Shown here: positions 1 through 12,560 of the stretch, piece by piece
Layout of the letters: each line of letters starts with the position of its first letter
Numbering within the stretch: position 1 is the first letter of the stretch
Assembly: GCA_013265495.1 (NCBI GenBank)
Contig: MU062380.1
Location: 4,155,540-4,219,539 of the forward strand
DNA: 64,000 nt
Direction of reading: 5' to 3'
From: Vicugna vicugna
Taxonomy: Eukaryota
Program-made: the position numbers and the translations under genes
The notes under the pieces: model-generated
Database searches by the model: none
What the model was told of the DNA's origin: nothing
What the model saw: the letters and a program-made list of their open reading frames with translations, nothing else

Positions 1-689
1 AGAATTCAGCAATTTGGGAAGATTTATGTTTCAGTATAAGTTCCTTTGTATATATAATCAGAGCTTCCTGCTGTAGAGATTTTTAATTAAAGTGTAACAG
101 TTGCAGGTGAAATTTTAAAACAAGATGAATGAAGGCCATTCTTGAAACTCATGAAAAGACACCAAACTCTCCTTTAGAGTTAAGCCTTTCTGTGCCTGAT
201 CTTCTCCTCTTGCCTTTGTCTTCATCATTAAAACATTGTCTTTCACTCAATTCAAGGAGCTTTTATTGCATACTTACAATGTGGAAGACACAGAGAATGA
301 GAAAACACAGTCCTTGCCTTTAAGGATCTCACCATCCCATCACAGAAGACTGAACAACATGGAATAAGCTATTGATCACCATTGCGAGACTGCGCAGAGA
401 CCAGCTGCAATGATGTGTGGGTGGCCAGACTTCTTGGAGAAGACAGATCTGCAAGTGGACCCAGGATGACTGGCAGAATCTGCATGGGGGTGGTGGGGGC
501 AGCAGGCACAAAGGCCTGGAGATGACACTGTCCATTATCTTTTAGGGGGATATTAGCTTAAGCATACTAGGGGAAATGACAGGTAATTTTAGTGAGATAG
601 AATGGTGGCAGACTGAGGAGATATCTATTCAGATATTTTGGTGAAGACATCTAAGTACTAGAAATCAACTTGAGCAGCTTTACATGTAT

Positions 690-915
690 AACTGTATAAC
701 ACGGTGGTTAGATCCCAGATTACAGAATAAGATGGCTTGGTGTGAATCCTTTCATGCATTGCTAGTTGTCTAACCATGGGGAAGTTGCTAAATTTTCCTG
801 TCCCTCAGTTTTCTCATATGTAAAATGAAATAATACACAGAATTGTTAGGAGGCCTACATGAGATAATTTATATAAAGGTATTATAATGTGACTTGGTGC
901 ATACTAAATGCTCAG
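690..915 (+). mobile_element. MIR SINE
   Basis: CCTCAGTTTTCTCATATGTAAAATG core. Further MIRs at about 9950-10140, 11230-11420, 12120-12690, 22480-22620, 34560-34690, 43680-44360 and 63320-63480. Confidence 0.65.
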
Positions 916-2670
916 GAAGTTTTAGCTTTTCATGTTCTCTTTCATAACTTTCTGTATTGACTGAAATTCTTTAAATTACTTGAATTATATTTTTCAAAAG
1001 TTCATTAGAGCTCACCTCTAGGAGGCTTCACTGCTCTGAAGACTACTGTCTGGATGAATGTCCATTTTAAAAAAGCAATAAAATCTCAGGCCCCTCTACT
1101 TCTTAAAAAAAAAGCATCATTCCAGTTTCACAGATGTGTAACTAGATGGCCAACTTGGAAAGTGTTGAATATCATATGGCAACTTCAGAGGAGAAATGTG
1201 GTGATTTGAGCTACCTGTCTTAGGGAGACAAATACTTGAATAAGTTAATTGCAAGGAAACTATTTCTTTCAACCACTGCTGGAGTGTATGTGAACTGGTA
1301 TGACATTTTTGGAAAGTAATCCAGCATTACTAACCTTGTGACTTATCTGTTGAACCTAGCAATTCTCACCAAATAAATCTACCATATAGAACCGAAGGCA
1401 CCAGTATGAGAATAGATGTACAAAAATATTTAACACAGCATCATTTGTAGCTGAAGAAAACTAGAAAACAACCTTAATATGCAACACAAAGAAAATGTGT
1501 GGCTACTCTATGGCATGCCCATATTGTGGAATTTATACTCCAGGGAATAAATTAGGTCTATGTATAGTTCCAGGAGGAATATTCATGATATACTGTGAAA
1601 TAACAAAGGAAAATTGGAGAGTGATGTGTGTGCTATTATTCCATTTTTATCAAAAAAAAAAAACCCCAACAACAATCAAAACAACAACAACTGTGTGTGT
1701 GTGTATTTGTATTAAAATGGAGAAATGTGTAGAAGGACATACACCAAGCTATTAACATTGATTACTTTGGGGCCACAGTAACTATGTGTCTATAGTCTGG
1801 CTTGTTAAAATGAACATGTATTGCATTTGTAATTTAAAAAATACATATAGTAAGGTGAGATGGATTTGGGGGGGGATTAATATGAAGACCAGGACTGAAA
1901 AGAGATCACTCAACAGCCTCAAATGAATCCCAGTTTCCAGACCTTGAATTATAATCTTGCTTTAGAAAGACCTTGTTGGGTAACTGGGGTTTTTGTTCAG
2001 TAACCACTAGATAATCCCAAACAGAAGAGAGTTAGAAGACAGAGGGTGGATACATTTGCTCCAGTAACCAGAAAGCAGAGATTTCTGACATTAGAGATCA
2101 GGAAGTGTGATGTTGACTCCCAGCAAAGTCCAGGAACAAATCACTAAAAAGTCTTCTTGCATATACTTAGGAAATGAAATAGCAATTATTAGGAGCCTGC
2201 ATTTCTGGGAATTAAGTCACGCTAAAGCTAAATTAATCATATTCCCTCTCTCACATTGAAAACATTGAAACTTTTCTCATAATATGTAAGTAGCCAAGAT
2301 AAACATGAGTTAGAAATATATCTGAAGGTTCAGAATATTGATTGATCTTAAAGATGCTTCTGAAAGTAGGTTTGTACCTGGACCTCCTTTCAATTTCTTA
2401 GCTATAGATACAAAAATGGAGTCTACAAAAAATGTCATATATATCTGTATCTAAATATAGATATAAATGACATAAAGCTTGGAGGAAGAGCTAAGTATTC
2501 ATAAGGATAAGATCAGGATATGAAAAATTCCCAACAGGTTGGAAAGACTACAATAATGATATGTAACAGAATTGGGTCAAGTGGAAAGTGCATTCAGGTC
2601 CAAAAAAATCAACTCCACATGAAAGCAAGCAAGCTGGATGAGTAAGAATACAGATTTTAAAAGCTGAAGA

Positions 2671-3098
2671 GCCATTTGCAGCAACATGGATGCTCCTGGA
2701 GAATGTCATTCTAAGTGAAGTAAGCCAGAAAGAGAAAGAAAAATACCATATGAGATCGCTTATATGTGGAATCTAAAAAACAAAAACAAACAAACAAACA
2801 AAAACAAAGCATAAATACAGGACAGAAATAGACTCATGGACAGAGAATACAGACTTGTGGTTACCAGGGGGGTAGAGGGTGGGAAGGGATAGACTGGGAT
2901 TTCAAAATTGTAGAATAGATAAACAAGATTACACTGTATAGCATAGGGAAATATACACAAAATGTTATGATAACTCACAGAGAAAAAAATGTGACAATGA
3001 GTGTGTATATGTCCATGAATGACTGAAAAATTGTGCTGAACACTGGAATTTGACACAACATTGTAAAATGATTATAAATCAATAAAAAATGTTAAAAA
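2671..3098 (+). mobile_element. 5'-truncated young L1 3' end with target-site duplication
   Basis: L1 3' sequence ending AATAAAAAATGTTAAAA; flanked by AAAAGCTGAAGA at 2659-2670 and 3099-3110; TTTT/AAAA endonuclease site. Confidence 0.9.
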
Positions 3099-4579
3099 AA
3101 AAGCTGAAGAATTGTAGGTTCACCTGAAGTGGCTCTTGGGTGAAGCAAGGAGGATGACAATGAAGAACAAATGAATACGTGCCCCTGGTTATAGCCTAGG
3201 GGAGAAGGCCTGAGGTATGGAGCCCAGTCCTGGCTCTGTGGTACAGACTGAACATACTCAGAGTAGAGTGACTGGCTCTGGAAGGGCTCTGGAAATCACG
3301 TTTGTAGTGCCACGTAAAGGTTGGAGCTGATTCTTGAATTTAAGTACATCTGTAGTAGTCTCTGTTCATGAAAAGTTCTCAGCAGAGATTGGGGGTGACA
3401 TGGGTGTGGAGGGAAGATTCACTCTCCGCTTTTTTTAATTCATGCTCTGCCGTTGCCCTGCCATTAAGCAATTTCCTTAGTATCTCTCCCTTTTTCCTAA
3501 CCCTACACACATCCCACCTACCTAGAGCCAAGTTTCCTAGAGTGTGGGCCATGTACAAGGCAGTTTAAGGTAGCACATACACCCAGTATTAAATAACATC
3601 CAATCTCATGGTGACATTGCTAGTCATGCTTTAAATTTCTTTCAATCCACTGATTACATATATAGAAGAAAGTCTCTGTTGCTGATAAGTTTTTGACAAC
3701 TCTCTCATACTTGTTAATCTTTTCTTTTTAATAAGGAAAAAACAGGCCTAGGGCATAGCGCCTTCAGCAAGCCACGGTATCTAGTTGGAATTTTAAATAT
3801 TGTTATATTCCCATTGTATTTATTTTTAGGATTAACTTATGATAAGGGAAACTGGTTTTCCATTTAAGGTAATGATCTAAAGTTTCTGATGGGGAGGAAA
3901 ATAAAATATGAGAGTGTCTAACGGTGCTTAAAAGTAAGAATATATCAGCAAAGAAACAGGGCTGTACCCAGAAGCAAAAGAGAAAGTATGAAGGCAGGGA
4001 AAAACAGAGCAAGTCAGCGTAACTCCAATCAGCATTAGCATCGCATAACACGACCTTGATCACAGCAGCATGATTTACACACGCTCTGCAGCAATGAACA
4101 GCAGAGAAAACCGAGGAAGATTTCTGTGCTGAGCAATGGCTCTCAGGATGGCAAATGTGTTAAAATGACATAGAGCTGGAGGAACAGGAAGTGCAGCCTC
4201 ATACAGCTCAGGGTAGGACTGTCTTGAGGGAGGTTCTTGCCCGAAACCTAGGTGGAGTAAAGGGAGGGAGTAAACAAAACAGGGGTTTGGGTTCTGAAAA
4301 AAATAAAAAGAACTCCAAGCCTGCATACTGAAGAAATTTCTTCAGACATGTTGTTTACCTATTGACTGGGTGGACAGTGCAGAAAACAAAGCATGTATGT
4401 GAGCATTCACATTGTAATACCTGTCCTTTGGACAAAGGCAAAAGCTCTCTCTCCTGGTGATATGGGTGATTTGGCCCCAGTGGAGCAACTGCAGACTGTT
4501 GCTTATGTCATTCGTCTGCTTTTACTGTGGAAAGTGAATCAGCAAGTCAGCAGTTTCCTTTCAAAGCCCATTTATTTAG

Positions 4580-5045
4580 ATTTTTTTTTAAGTCTCAAAC
4601 ATTGTACGTCTATCCATGTTCATAGCAGCATTAGCCAAAAGGTGGAAGCAACCCAAGTGTCTGTTGATGGATGAATCAACAAACAAAATGTGGTTTNNNN
4701 NNNNNNNNNNNNNNNNNNNNNNNNNNNNNNNNNNNNNNNNNNNNNNNNNNNNNNNNNNNNNNNNNNNNNNNNNNNNNNNNNNNNNNNNNNNNNNNNNNNN
4801 NNNNNNNNNNNNNNNNNNNNNNNNNNNNNNNNNNNNNNNNNNAGAAGAGTAGAATTCAGAGACAGAAATTAGAATGCTGGTTACCAGGGGCTGGGGGAAG
4901 GGGCAATGGGGAGTTATTGTTAAATGGGGACAGAGATTCCATTCTGGATGATGGAAAAATCCTGGAGATGGATAGTAGTAATGGCTGCACAACCATGTGA
5001 TTGTACTTAATACTACTGAATTGTACACTTAAAATAATTAAAATG
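4580..5045 (+). mobile_element. L1 3' end (L1MB-like) containing an N gap
   Basis: TGTTCATAGCAGCA...TGGAAGCAACCCAAGTGTC...GGTTACCAGGGGCTGGGG...TTGTACACTTAAA, typical old L1 3' UTR. Confidence 0.75.
4697..4842. other. Assembly gap (146 N)
   Basis: N run inside an L1 3' end. Confidence 0.95.
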
Positions 5046-5089
5046 ATTTTTAACAGAGGTAAAGAAAATCATTATGGAGTACCTGGCTA

Positions 5090-5570
5090 CGGAGAAAGTG
5101 GTGAAGGTATGTGCCATTTCTCTCTGTTCCCAAGCCCACCCCAGCCACTCTCATCATCCTCTGCCCAGCTTTATGTACCGGGGCCACATCAACACGCCTC
5201 TTGTCTTCTAACTTCTGGTTCACGTCACTCGGTGGGAGCACCAGCAGGAGAATGAGGGAGGAAAGAAGAGCAAAGTTGGAGAATCTGCTTCCCCATTTCC
5301 CTCCCTGCAGGATTGCTGCCCGGTGACTGTGTCCCTTGACTGAAGGTCTTGCAGATCTCTCTGTCTCCAGACTCTGGTGCTCCTTCCTCTCACCTCTTAA
5401 GACCCAGGGCAGAAGCAGCCCCCAATGCCCTTAGCTGCAGGGAACTGCACTGTCCCTTGTGGTTTCCCCACCTCCTACTAACACTTTTGTAAATAGTCCT
5501 TTTATTAAATCCTCCTCAAATTATACAATTTGAGTGCAGCATCTGTTTCTTCCTGGACTGTGGCTAGATA
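5090..5570. mobile_element. ERVL-type LTR remnant (LTR16-like)
   Basis: Ends ATTAAATCCTCCTCAAATTATACAATTTGAGTGCAGCATCTGTTTCTTCCTGGAC, typical of this LTR group; family name tentative. Confidence 0.45.
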
Positions 5571-5892
5571 CAGGGTTATTTGTAAAGATCAAAGTTTGGG
5601 AAACACTGACCTAAGGAAAATCCACCTATATTCCCCAAAAATCTCTCTGATCCCCGAAACCTTCCAGGTATCCAGAGAGGGCAATGGAAAGGGATGCTGA
5701 ATGGTGCCATCTTCCTCCCTACCCTTCATCCCTTCTCTTAGTCCAAACACTTCTTTTCAATTGCTATTTTAATACAGAGAATTCAGCATCTACTGTTTTC
5801 TCCAGTCCCACAGATTGTAAGTCACATTTTTTTGTACGTAACAGAATTCCATTCCAATAAAACAATTAAATGATTCAGATATTCCATGGAGT

Positions 5893-5898
5893 TTTATT
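5893..5898 (-). terminator. PLA1A: Probable PLA1A polyadenylation signal (AATAAA)
   Basis: AATAAA on the - strand about 283 nt after the stop codon, followed by a U-rich tract (TTGTTTTATT). Confidence 0.6.
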
Positions 5899-6180
5899 TG
5901 GGAAAAAACACAACTTTTCCCTGTATAGGTTTCTATTGAATTCTAGGTACAGATGCCCAAGGATATGAGGCAGTTTCAGTTAAGCATAAGTAGGAAAGCT
6001 CATACGGTATCTTTGTAAGGCTCTATGAATAGACAATGGAGATAAAGCTCTCTACATAATTATCTGTAATTATGGGTAAAATAAAGAGTTTAGCCTTCCT
6101 TCTTACTAGTAATGGCTTACAGTAAGTTGAACACCCACACCCCCTATCCCCAATCCAGGGAGCTGGATCCTGCCCTTATA

Positions 6181-6265
6181 CTATATACAGGTTATTTTCA
6201 GGTCATGAGAAACAGTCTCACTTGCTTGTAAGTTCACTGGCTCAGGTAAGCAGACCATATTTTTA
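6181..6265 (-). CDS. PLA1A: PLA1A coding exon 11 (last; stop TAG at 6183-6181)
   Basis: Encodes KNMVCLPEPVNLQASETVSHDLKITCI*; the 11 exons sum to 1371 nt = 456 aa plus stop, the recalled human length. Confidence 0.96.
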
Positions 6266-6896
6266 CTGCAAGACAAGAGCAACAAGAGGGTGTGTGCTCA
6301 GGGCAGGCTCCTGCTGGGCAGGAGGGAGGGATGAGTTGCGTGTGCTCCTGCTTCCTTGATGTCATGTGAAAGAGGTCTACAACTGTCTAGAGGACGATTA
6401 TCCCTGGATTACTAGAGGAGCCTACTCCTGTGCTCTGAGGGCCCAGGTGTGGTAAGTCTCTAAATGCCTGCTAGACATGAGGTAAATGGGATGGCAATTC
6501 TAGGTCCACCCATGAATGTGGTCAGTGGAGGCTAAAGAAGAGGAAGTAAGCAATGAGTAATCTTTGTTCCAATAAACTCTTACACAGAAACTAAACAGAA
6601 TGGATACATAATACAGAGTATATATATATATACTCTGTATATATATATATACACCAAATAAAATGGTGTTTCTTATATTAAAGTGGGAATGAGGAATTAA
6701 AGTCTACCCTCTTTGGCTTCTTAGCATCCCAACCCAAGATGGCCCTGCAGGAGGCTCAGGAAAACCCTGGGTCTCTGTCATCTCTACATCAAAGAAGCTC
6801 ATCATCTTGATGAGATTACACATCAACAAATACCATATCTAAGGTCAGGACTGGTCCTTGCAGGTGTGTCTGGGGTGGGGTGGACAATGAGCTTAC

Positions 6897-7061
6897 TTGT
6901 CATTGACGGGCAAAGGAGCAGTGCAGAACTTTCCGATAATGGTCGTCCGGTCTTTTTTCCAAACCCGGTGGGAAGCCTGAAACTTGAGTTTCACTTGGCT
7001 TATCTGGCACTGAGGGTTGGGGTGAGCTATGACTCCTTTCCCATGGCGGTGCTGTCTAGGT
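6897..7061 (-). CDS. PLA1A: PLA1A coding exon 10
   Basis: Encodes PRQHRHGKGVIAHPNPQCQISQVKLKFQASHRVWKKDRTTIIGKFCTAPLPVND; ccttgcag| and |GTAAGC; 165 nt. Confidence 0.97.
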
Positions 7062-8429
7062 CTGCAAGGGAAAGGGAAAGTAGCATTTACACACACAATG
7101 GAGTATTCTTCACCCTTTAAAAAGAAGGAAACTCTGACTCTAAGAGGCTGCTTGGATGGATGCTGCAACATGCATAAACCTTAAATTGCAGCCTGTTGCT
7201 TACGTCATTCGCCCTGCCTGCAGAGCACATTTGTCCTTTGCCTCCCCCTGGCTCACAGGGGTTCTGCAGGAAGCTTGGTCAGTTAGCTCCTAGAAGGTGG
7301 GCACCACAATCCTCTGCCTCACCCTCACCAGACTCTTGGCCCACACCTCGACAACTTTGAACAGGACGCAGAAAATAGGCGTTGATTTTTTAAAGTAAAT
7401 AAGTGGACTCTGCAGCAAAAATAGTAGCTCTTGGATTTTCATATCTGGAAAAGTGTCCTAGCTAGTGCAGATCTGACTGTAGATTGGTGAAGATCTCATT
7501 CTCAGGTCCATCTACCTGGAAGTAGAGGCTTCTTCCCAGGCATTCAGTTCCAAGAATTTTCTGTGCTGTCTGCTATATTTTAGAGTAAGCAAGAATGTGT
7601 GGATGGAAACAAACGAACAAACAACAAGCTTTGAAGTCCAGGTGTGGTCTCCTCCCAGCTGTGGCTTTGGAGGCACACAGCACTAGGTCTAAGCCCCGGC
7701 TCCCTCCCCTCTGCTCTGCCAGCCTGTTCCAGTCCCCTCTGGACTCAGAAAGAGGGACTATGAGAAAGAAGGAGAGCCCAGAGGGTGCTGTTTTCCCCTC
7801 CTCAGTGTCGTCTAAGCTAAGCATGGTTTCCCTTTCGTTTCTGACCTCTGCAGACTAATGAAATGTCTTCGTTTTGTACTTTCTAACCCAGAGTTAGTCA
7901 TACAGTTTGTTTTGTCCTTTTGAGAAAGATCCCGTGAAACTTTGTTTAAAAGCTGTTCCTCTTTCTTTCCTTCTTTCCCTTTCTTTCTTTTTCTTTTCTT
8001 TTATTTCTTTTCTTTTTCTCCTTTTTTTCTTTAACTTAAGATTTCTTTTGAAGTATTTCAGAGGAAAATATACGAAGACTCTTCACTTTAAGAGGTTGTT
8101 TGGATGGAGAGCTTGAAAACTCTAATGGCTGTAAAGGACATTGTGAATGAGTGGCCTGGGGACTTGGCCCGGGTAAATTTTCTAATTGGCAGGAAATCTT
8201 GGGGTTTCACAAAGTTATGGAAAGTAAGGGAAAGGCCACACATTAAATGCCCCCATCTCCTTTTTCAATTTCTGTTCTGCAAGAGGAAACAAAAACCAAA
8301 GAATTGAAGATAATCATGCTCTAATTGCCTTCTTCAAAACAGTAATGCAAATATCTTTGGGATGAAGGAAGAAGGAATCAGTGGACATCCATTCCAATCA
8401 CTCAGGGAACTTCTAAAAGTGTAATGGTT

Positions 8430-8575
8430 GAGGCCATGCCTGGAGAGTCTCCTGCAATTGGGTGGGGCTTGCTGTCAGCATTCTTTTAAGCTCTCCAGGT
8501 GATTCTAACGAGCAGCCAGAGTCGTGTGTCATTGTCATGACTCTTGCCAGTTTTGGCTCACCTACCAGTGGGTTG
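8430..8575. mobile_element. MER5-like DNA transposon remnant
   Basis: GCATTCTTTTAAGCTCTCCAGGTGATTCTAA..GCAGCCA..GT signature. Confidence 0.5.
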
Positions 8576-9763
8576 GAGAGGAGGTGACAGAAGTAACATG
8601 TACCTTGTGGAACTAACATGACTTTGAACTGATCTAATGAAAATTATTCAGTTAGAATCTGCTAGGCTCATGTGGGCACCACAAGATCTATGTTGAGGTC
8701 CTGGCTGCCTGCCGAACTGTGCTGCGTGGCATGGATGAGCTGGAGACCTGGCTGGTTGCAGGGTGTTTGGGAGCCCAGACATGTGCTCCTCCCCGCAGAA
8801 GCTTGTCTTCCCTGACAGCCGTCACTGAAGCTGAGAACTATTTTCAGATCCAAATCTGATCTTGTTACTGTCCTGCTTAAAATTCCCAAACTGCTCTCAG
8901 AATAAAAACTAAAACCTCCAACCTGTCTTTCCAGGCGCGACATGGTCTGGTCCTGACTTGCTCCTCCAGCCTCCTCTCCCCATGACGTGCCCCGCTACTG
9001 TCCACTCCCAGTGTCATATCTCACCAACTCCCGACCTGGGGCGAAGGATCCTGCGAATCCTTCAGATTTCTACTCAGACATTGTTTCTTCACACTCCATC
9101 AGGCTCTTAGTTGTTCTTATAGCACCTGCCGTTGCTGACAACTGTCCATTTCTACATATGGGCACTGGTCGTGGGCCTGTTTGGGCTCCAACCATCCCTC
9201 TGCAAACCACATTCTTAGGCTTCCTGGAACAGGTGGGAGATTGCTTCGGGCAGTGATGTGGGGGGCCTGGGAGTCTGTTCCCATAACAGCCTAGGTCTGC
9301 TTCCCCCACCCGCCTCCCCATTTCCCCTGCACTCCACCTAACCACCTGTCCAGAAGTAGGTACTTCCCAGGGTCTGGCCAGCCCTCCCTGGGCTGGTGGC
9401 AGAGGCCCTCCTACTTGCTGACATCCATGATGCCCCCTGCCTGGATTCCTGATGCTGTTTCCTATCAGGGACCTAATTCTCAGTAACTCACTACCTGTTA
9501 GGGCATCCCACTATGGCTGCTTGCCTGCTCATCTGTTATTGTCTGAATACACTATGCTTGAACCTAGTACTGATCCTGAACCTGGGACAGTTGCCCAGCA
9601 TGTGTCTGTGGGTCCATCTGTGGTAGGTGCTGCCCTCTCCACTGCTGCCCCAGCCCAGTCAGCTCAGCCCACCCATCAGTGGTCACATAGTGCCTGTCCT
9701 GGGGTATACATGCATGTGTGTAAATGGAAGAAGAGAGGCCAGCCATGTGGGACACTTACGTAC

Positions 9764-9872
9764 ATGGTGATCTTGACCGACGAGGTGACATTGCTGCCAA
9801 GGAAGGTGACTGTGATACAGGTGTCCCGGTTTCTTGGCTCCTGCAAGTAAAACTCCACAAGGTTGTGATGCA
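9764..9872 (-). CDS. PLA1A: PLA1A coding exon 9
   Basis: Encodes VHHNLVEFYLQEPRNRDTCITVTFLGSNVTSSVKIT-I; the frame-preserving donor is |GTACGT (intron starts 9763), and a second donor GTAAGT lies 4 nt further on; 109 nt. Confidence 0.95.
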
Positions 9873-12510
9873 CTAGGAAAACAAAGCAGAACAGATGACT
9901 GGGCCAGGGGTCACTGGGGGCAATGCACAAAAAGCCCTAGAGAGCAGCAGGGCAGTTAGGAATCTCGCCCTACCTCTTAGCAGTTGTGTGACCTGGAGCA
10001 AATTACCTGTTGTCGCAGGCCCTCAGCTTCCTCAAGTGTAAACTGGGATAATAAATATAGATACTCCACAAGTCTGAATGAGAATTAAATGAGTTAATAC
10101 ATATAAAGCCCTCAGTGCTTGTGCCTAGGAATTAATCATTCAACATGTGATTGTTTTTACTTTTACTCGTAATCCTAGAATGTCCCACTCCTCTCTGGTG
10201 ACATCATCCTGATGGTGTGATTCTGAAAGAACCAAAAAAGGTCTATCTTATACTAAATAATTAACTCATAAAATATAGCAACACTCCTCCTGCCCTCACC
10301 ACACACACAGTGTCAGGGAACCCCCTGTGTGTGCAGAAATGACTACTGTCCTCCCTGTGGCGGCTGAGTGCCTGTGTGTGTGGCATCTCCCCTATCCTGA
10401 ACTGCACAGACACTGGGGCTCTCAAAGCTGGTACTGCCAACACAGGCTGGGTGAGCAGCCTGGTTCACAGTGATACCCCAGGACCTGCTATTCCTCTGGC
10501 AAGAAAGGTTAAGAAGGATTTCCGCTTCCCCAACACCCCATTCTTTCCTCATTAAGGGGTAAGCCCATCTGGTGGCACCCTGCAGTGACTCTGGTCTCAA
10601 GAGTATTTTCACAGACTCCTTGGTGACTGGAACATAGCTAGAGAAGCAGTCCTTCATCTCTGCCTTATCTATACTTTTTCACTTGTTGTGTTTTATGAGC
10701 AAATAGTAGGAGGTGGGATTAAGTGGATTTAGGTAGACTCAGCACTAAATTGGAGGAGGGCTGTGGTCCATCTCAGCTCATGGGGTTAGTAACAGGACTC
10801 ACTGCTAAGAACCCACAAGAGGACAAGAGAGCACTGTATGCTCCCTCTCCACGGAGGAAAACATCAGATGCCGGGTCCCTTCTGTCCTTCTTGGTTGTTT
10901 ACTATGGACACAGATTGTAATGTTGATAGGCAAGGGCTTACCTGCAGTAGATAACTGCAATGTGAATAAAAGCTAACTTACATAAGTTTTAGGAATTTGA
11001 TTCTCTGGGCTGAGTTTGATATGTTATGTGGCTTCTTTCTTCACCAGCAGGTATCACTAATCAAGAAAGTTGCCTGCAGTTCTGCTTCTCTTTTCTCTGA
11101 TTACCCTGGAAGCCCTAGGAGGGCCAGGTCTGCTAACGTTGGGTGGGTGACACTGGCAGTGAAATCCAGCCTGTGTGGGTGCATGACATGGCAAACAACA
11201 CATGACCCCTGGATGCTGTGTCAGGGGAACTGGATCCAAGGCCCAGCCCTACTGCTTACCACCTATGTCGCCCTGCCTAAGTCATTGAACCTCTCTGTGC
11301 CTCAATTTCTTTATCTATAATCAATAACCCCCAACATCACGTCATAGAGCGTGATGAGGATTACATGAGGTAACAGAGAGAAAACACTTTGTGTGAAACG
11401 TTGCTCTATATGAGAAAAGTAATATTGTTAGAAAAATGATTATTTGGAGAAGATTCTCTGTCCATGCTGGTACCTGCCTGGCAGGGGTTAAGGTGACCAC
11501 TATCCTAGTGAGCACTGCTGAGGCCGAGGCAGGCCAAGAGTGCTGGGCAATGGGAGCCCAATGACACGAGGCCTGAGAGTGACTGAGAGCAGGAGCTGCC
11601 AAGTGGACTACCAGGTGGGCAGCCTGGACCCCCAGGAAAGGAGGGCCCCAGCTTTGATGCTCAGAATGGAAAGCTCAGAGCATGCCTGAGGTGTTCTTTC
11701 TTTCTGTGTTTCTCTGAGGTTTTTGAACAGACATGGCCATACTTCCAGGGGCATGGGGTGGAGGTCTCACAACAAATATGAAACAGAAAAATTCTGGCTC
11801 CGTGAATCTCCCTCAGCAGGGATCTTCAAATGCCCTTGACGTCCAGATATTCCTCAGGCTCCCTGCAGCTGGAACTCCTGGTTGTGCAGATAGGGAGGAG
11901 CTGGCTCAGGCCGCAGCAAAGCTGCCCTGAAGCTGGAAGTAGAAGTGGGATGTCTGGTCCCCACAGCATGGCCTCTGACCTGGACAGAGTATCCCCCCTC
12001 AGGCTGATCTCGGAGAGGTGGCAAGGACCCAAGAGCAACTGAGAAAAACAGCAGTAAAAAGTAGGTTCCCAGAAGAAGGACAGAGACGCGAGTGTGGAGG
12101 CAGATGGTGGTGTGGAAAGAGTGGAGATTTTGGAGTCAGAAGACCTGGAGATGAATCCTGACTTTTTCACCCACCTTTGCAGTCTTGGGCACATCACCGC
12201 TCAGGGTTGGGTTGTCAAATGAGTTGATGTATGTGAAAAGCCTATAGTTGACTCTTGTAACCCACTTTATTCCTAAAAAAATAGCCATGAATTCTCTCTG
12301 GCATGAAGTTAGAAACACCCTCATCTCATCTCCCAAATGCTCCCATTAACAGAAGGAAGGGAATTACTACTTATTGAGTTCCAGTCACTATGCTGGTGAT
12401 TGCCTGTGTACTACGTATTTTATTTCATCCTCACAATTGATTCTTTGAAATAGGTACTGTTATTGTTCCCATTTTCCACATAAAGATATAGAGTTTCAAA
12501 AAGATGAAGG

Positions 12511-12560
12511 ACACAACATTGTAAACTGACTATAACTCAATAAAATTAAATTAAAAAAAA
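12511..12560 (+). mobile_element. Very short L1 tail (about 50 bp) inserted in a MIR
   Basis: ACACAACATTGTAAACTGACTATAACTCAATAAAATTAAATTAAAA; flanked by near-identical AAAAGATGAAGGA and AAAAGATGAAAGA. Confidence 0.7.

Noticed and set aside
1-330. Possible 3' end of the neighbouring POPDC2 gene expected from synteny
   Set aside because: No recognisable coding sequence or clear poly(A) signal; cannot be supported from this window.
4588-5028. ORFs spanning N runs (also 23411-23722 and 36456-36893)
   Set aside because: Their length comes from untranslatable N bases inside repeats.
7955-8035. Polypyrimidine tract (and the purine tract near 50255-50320) as H-DNA elements
   Set aside because: Ordinary low-complexity sequence with no long perfect mirror symmetry.
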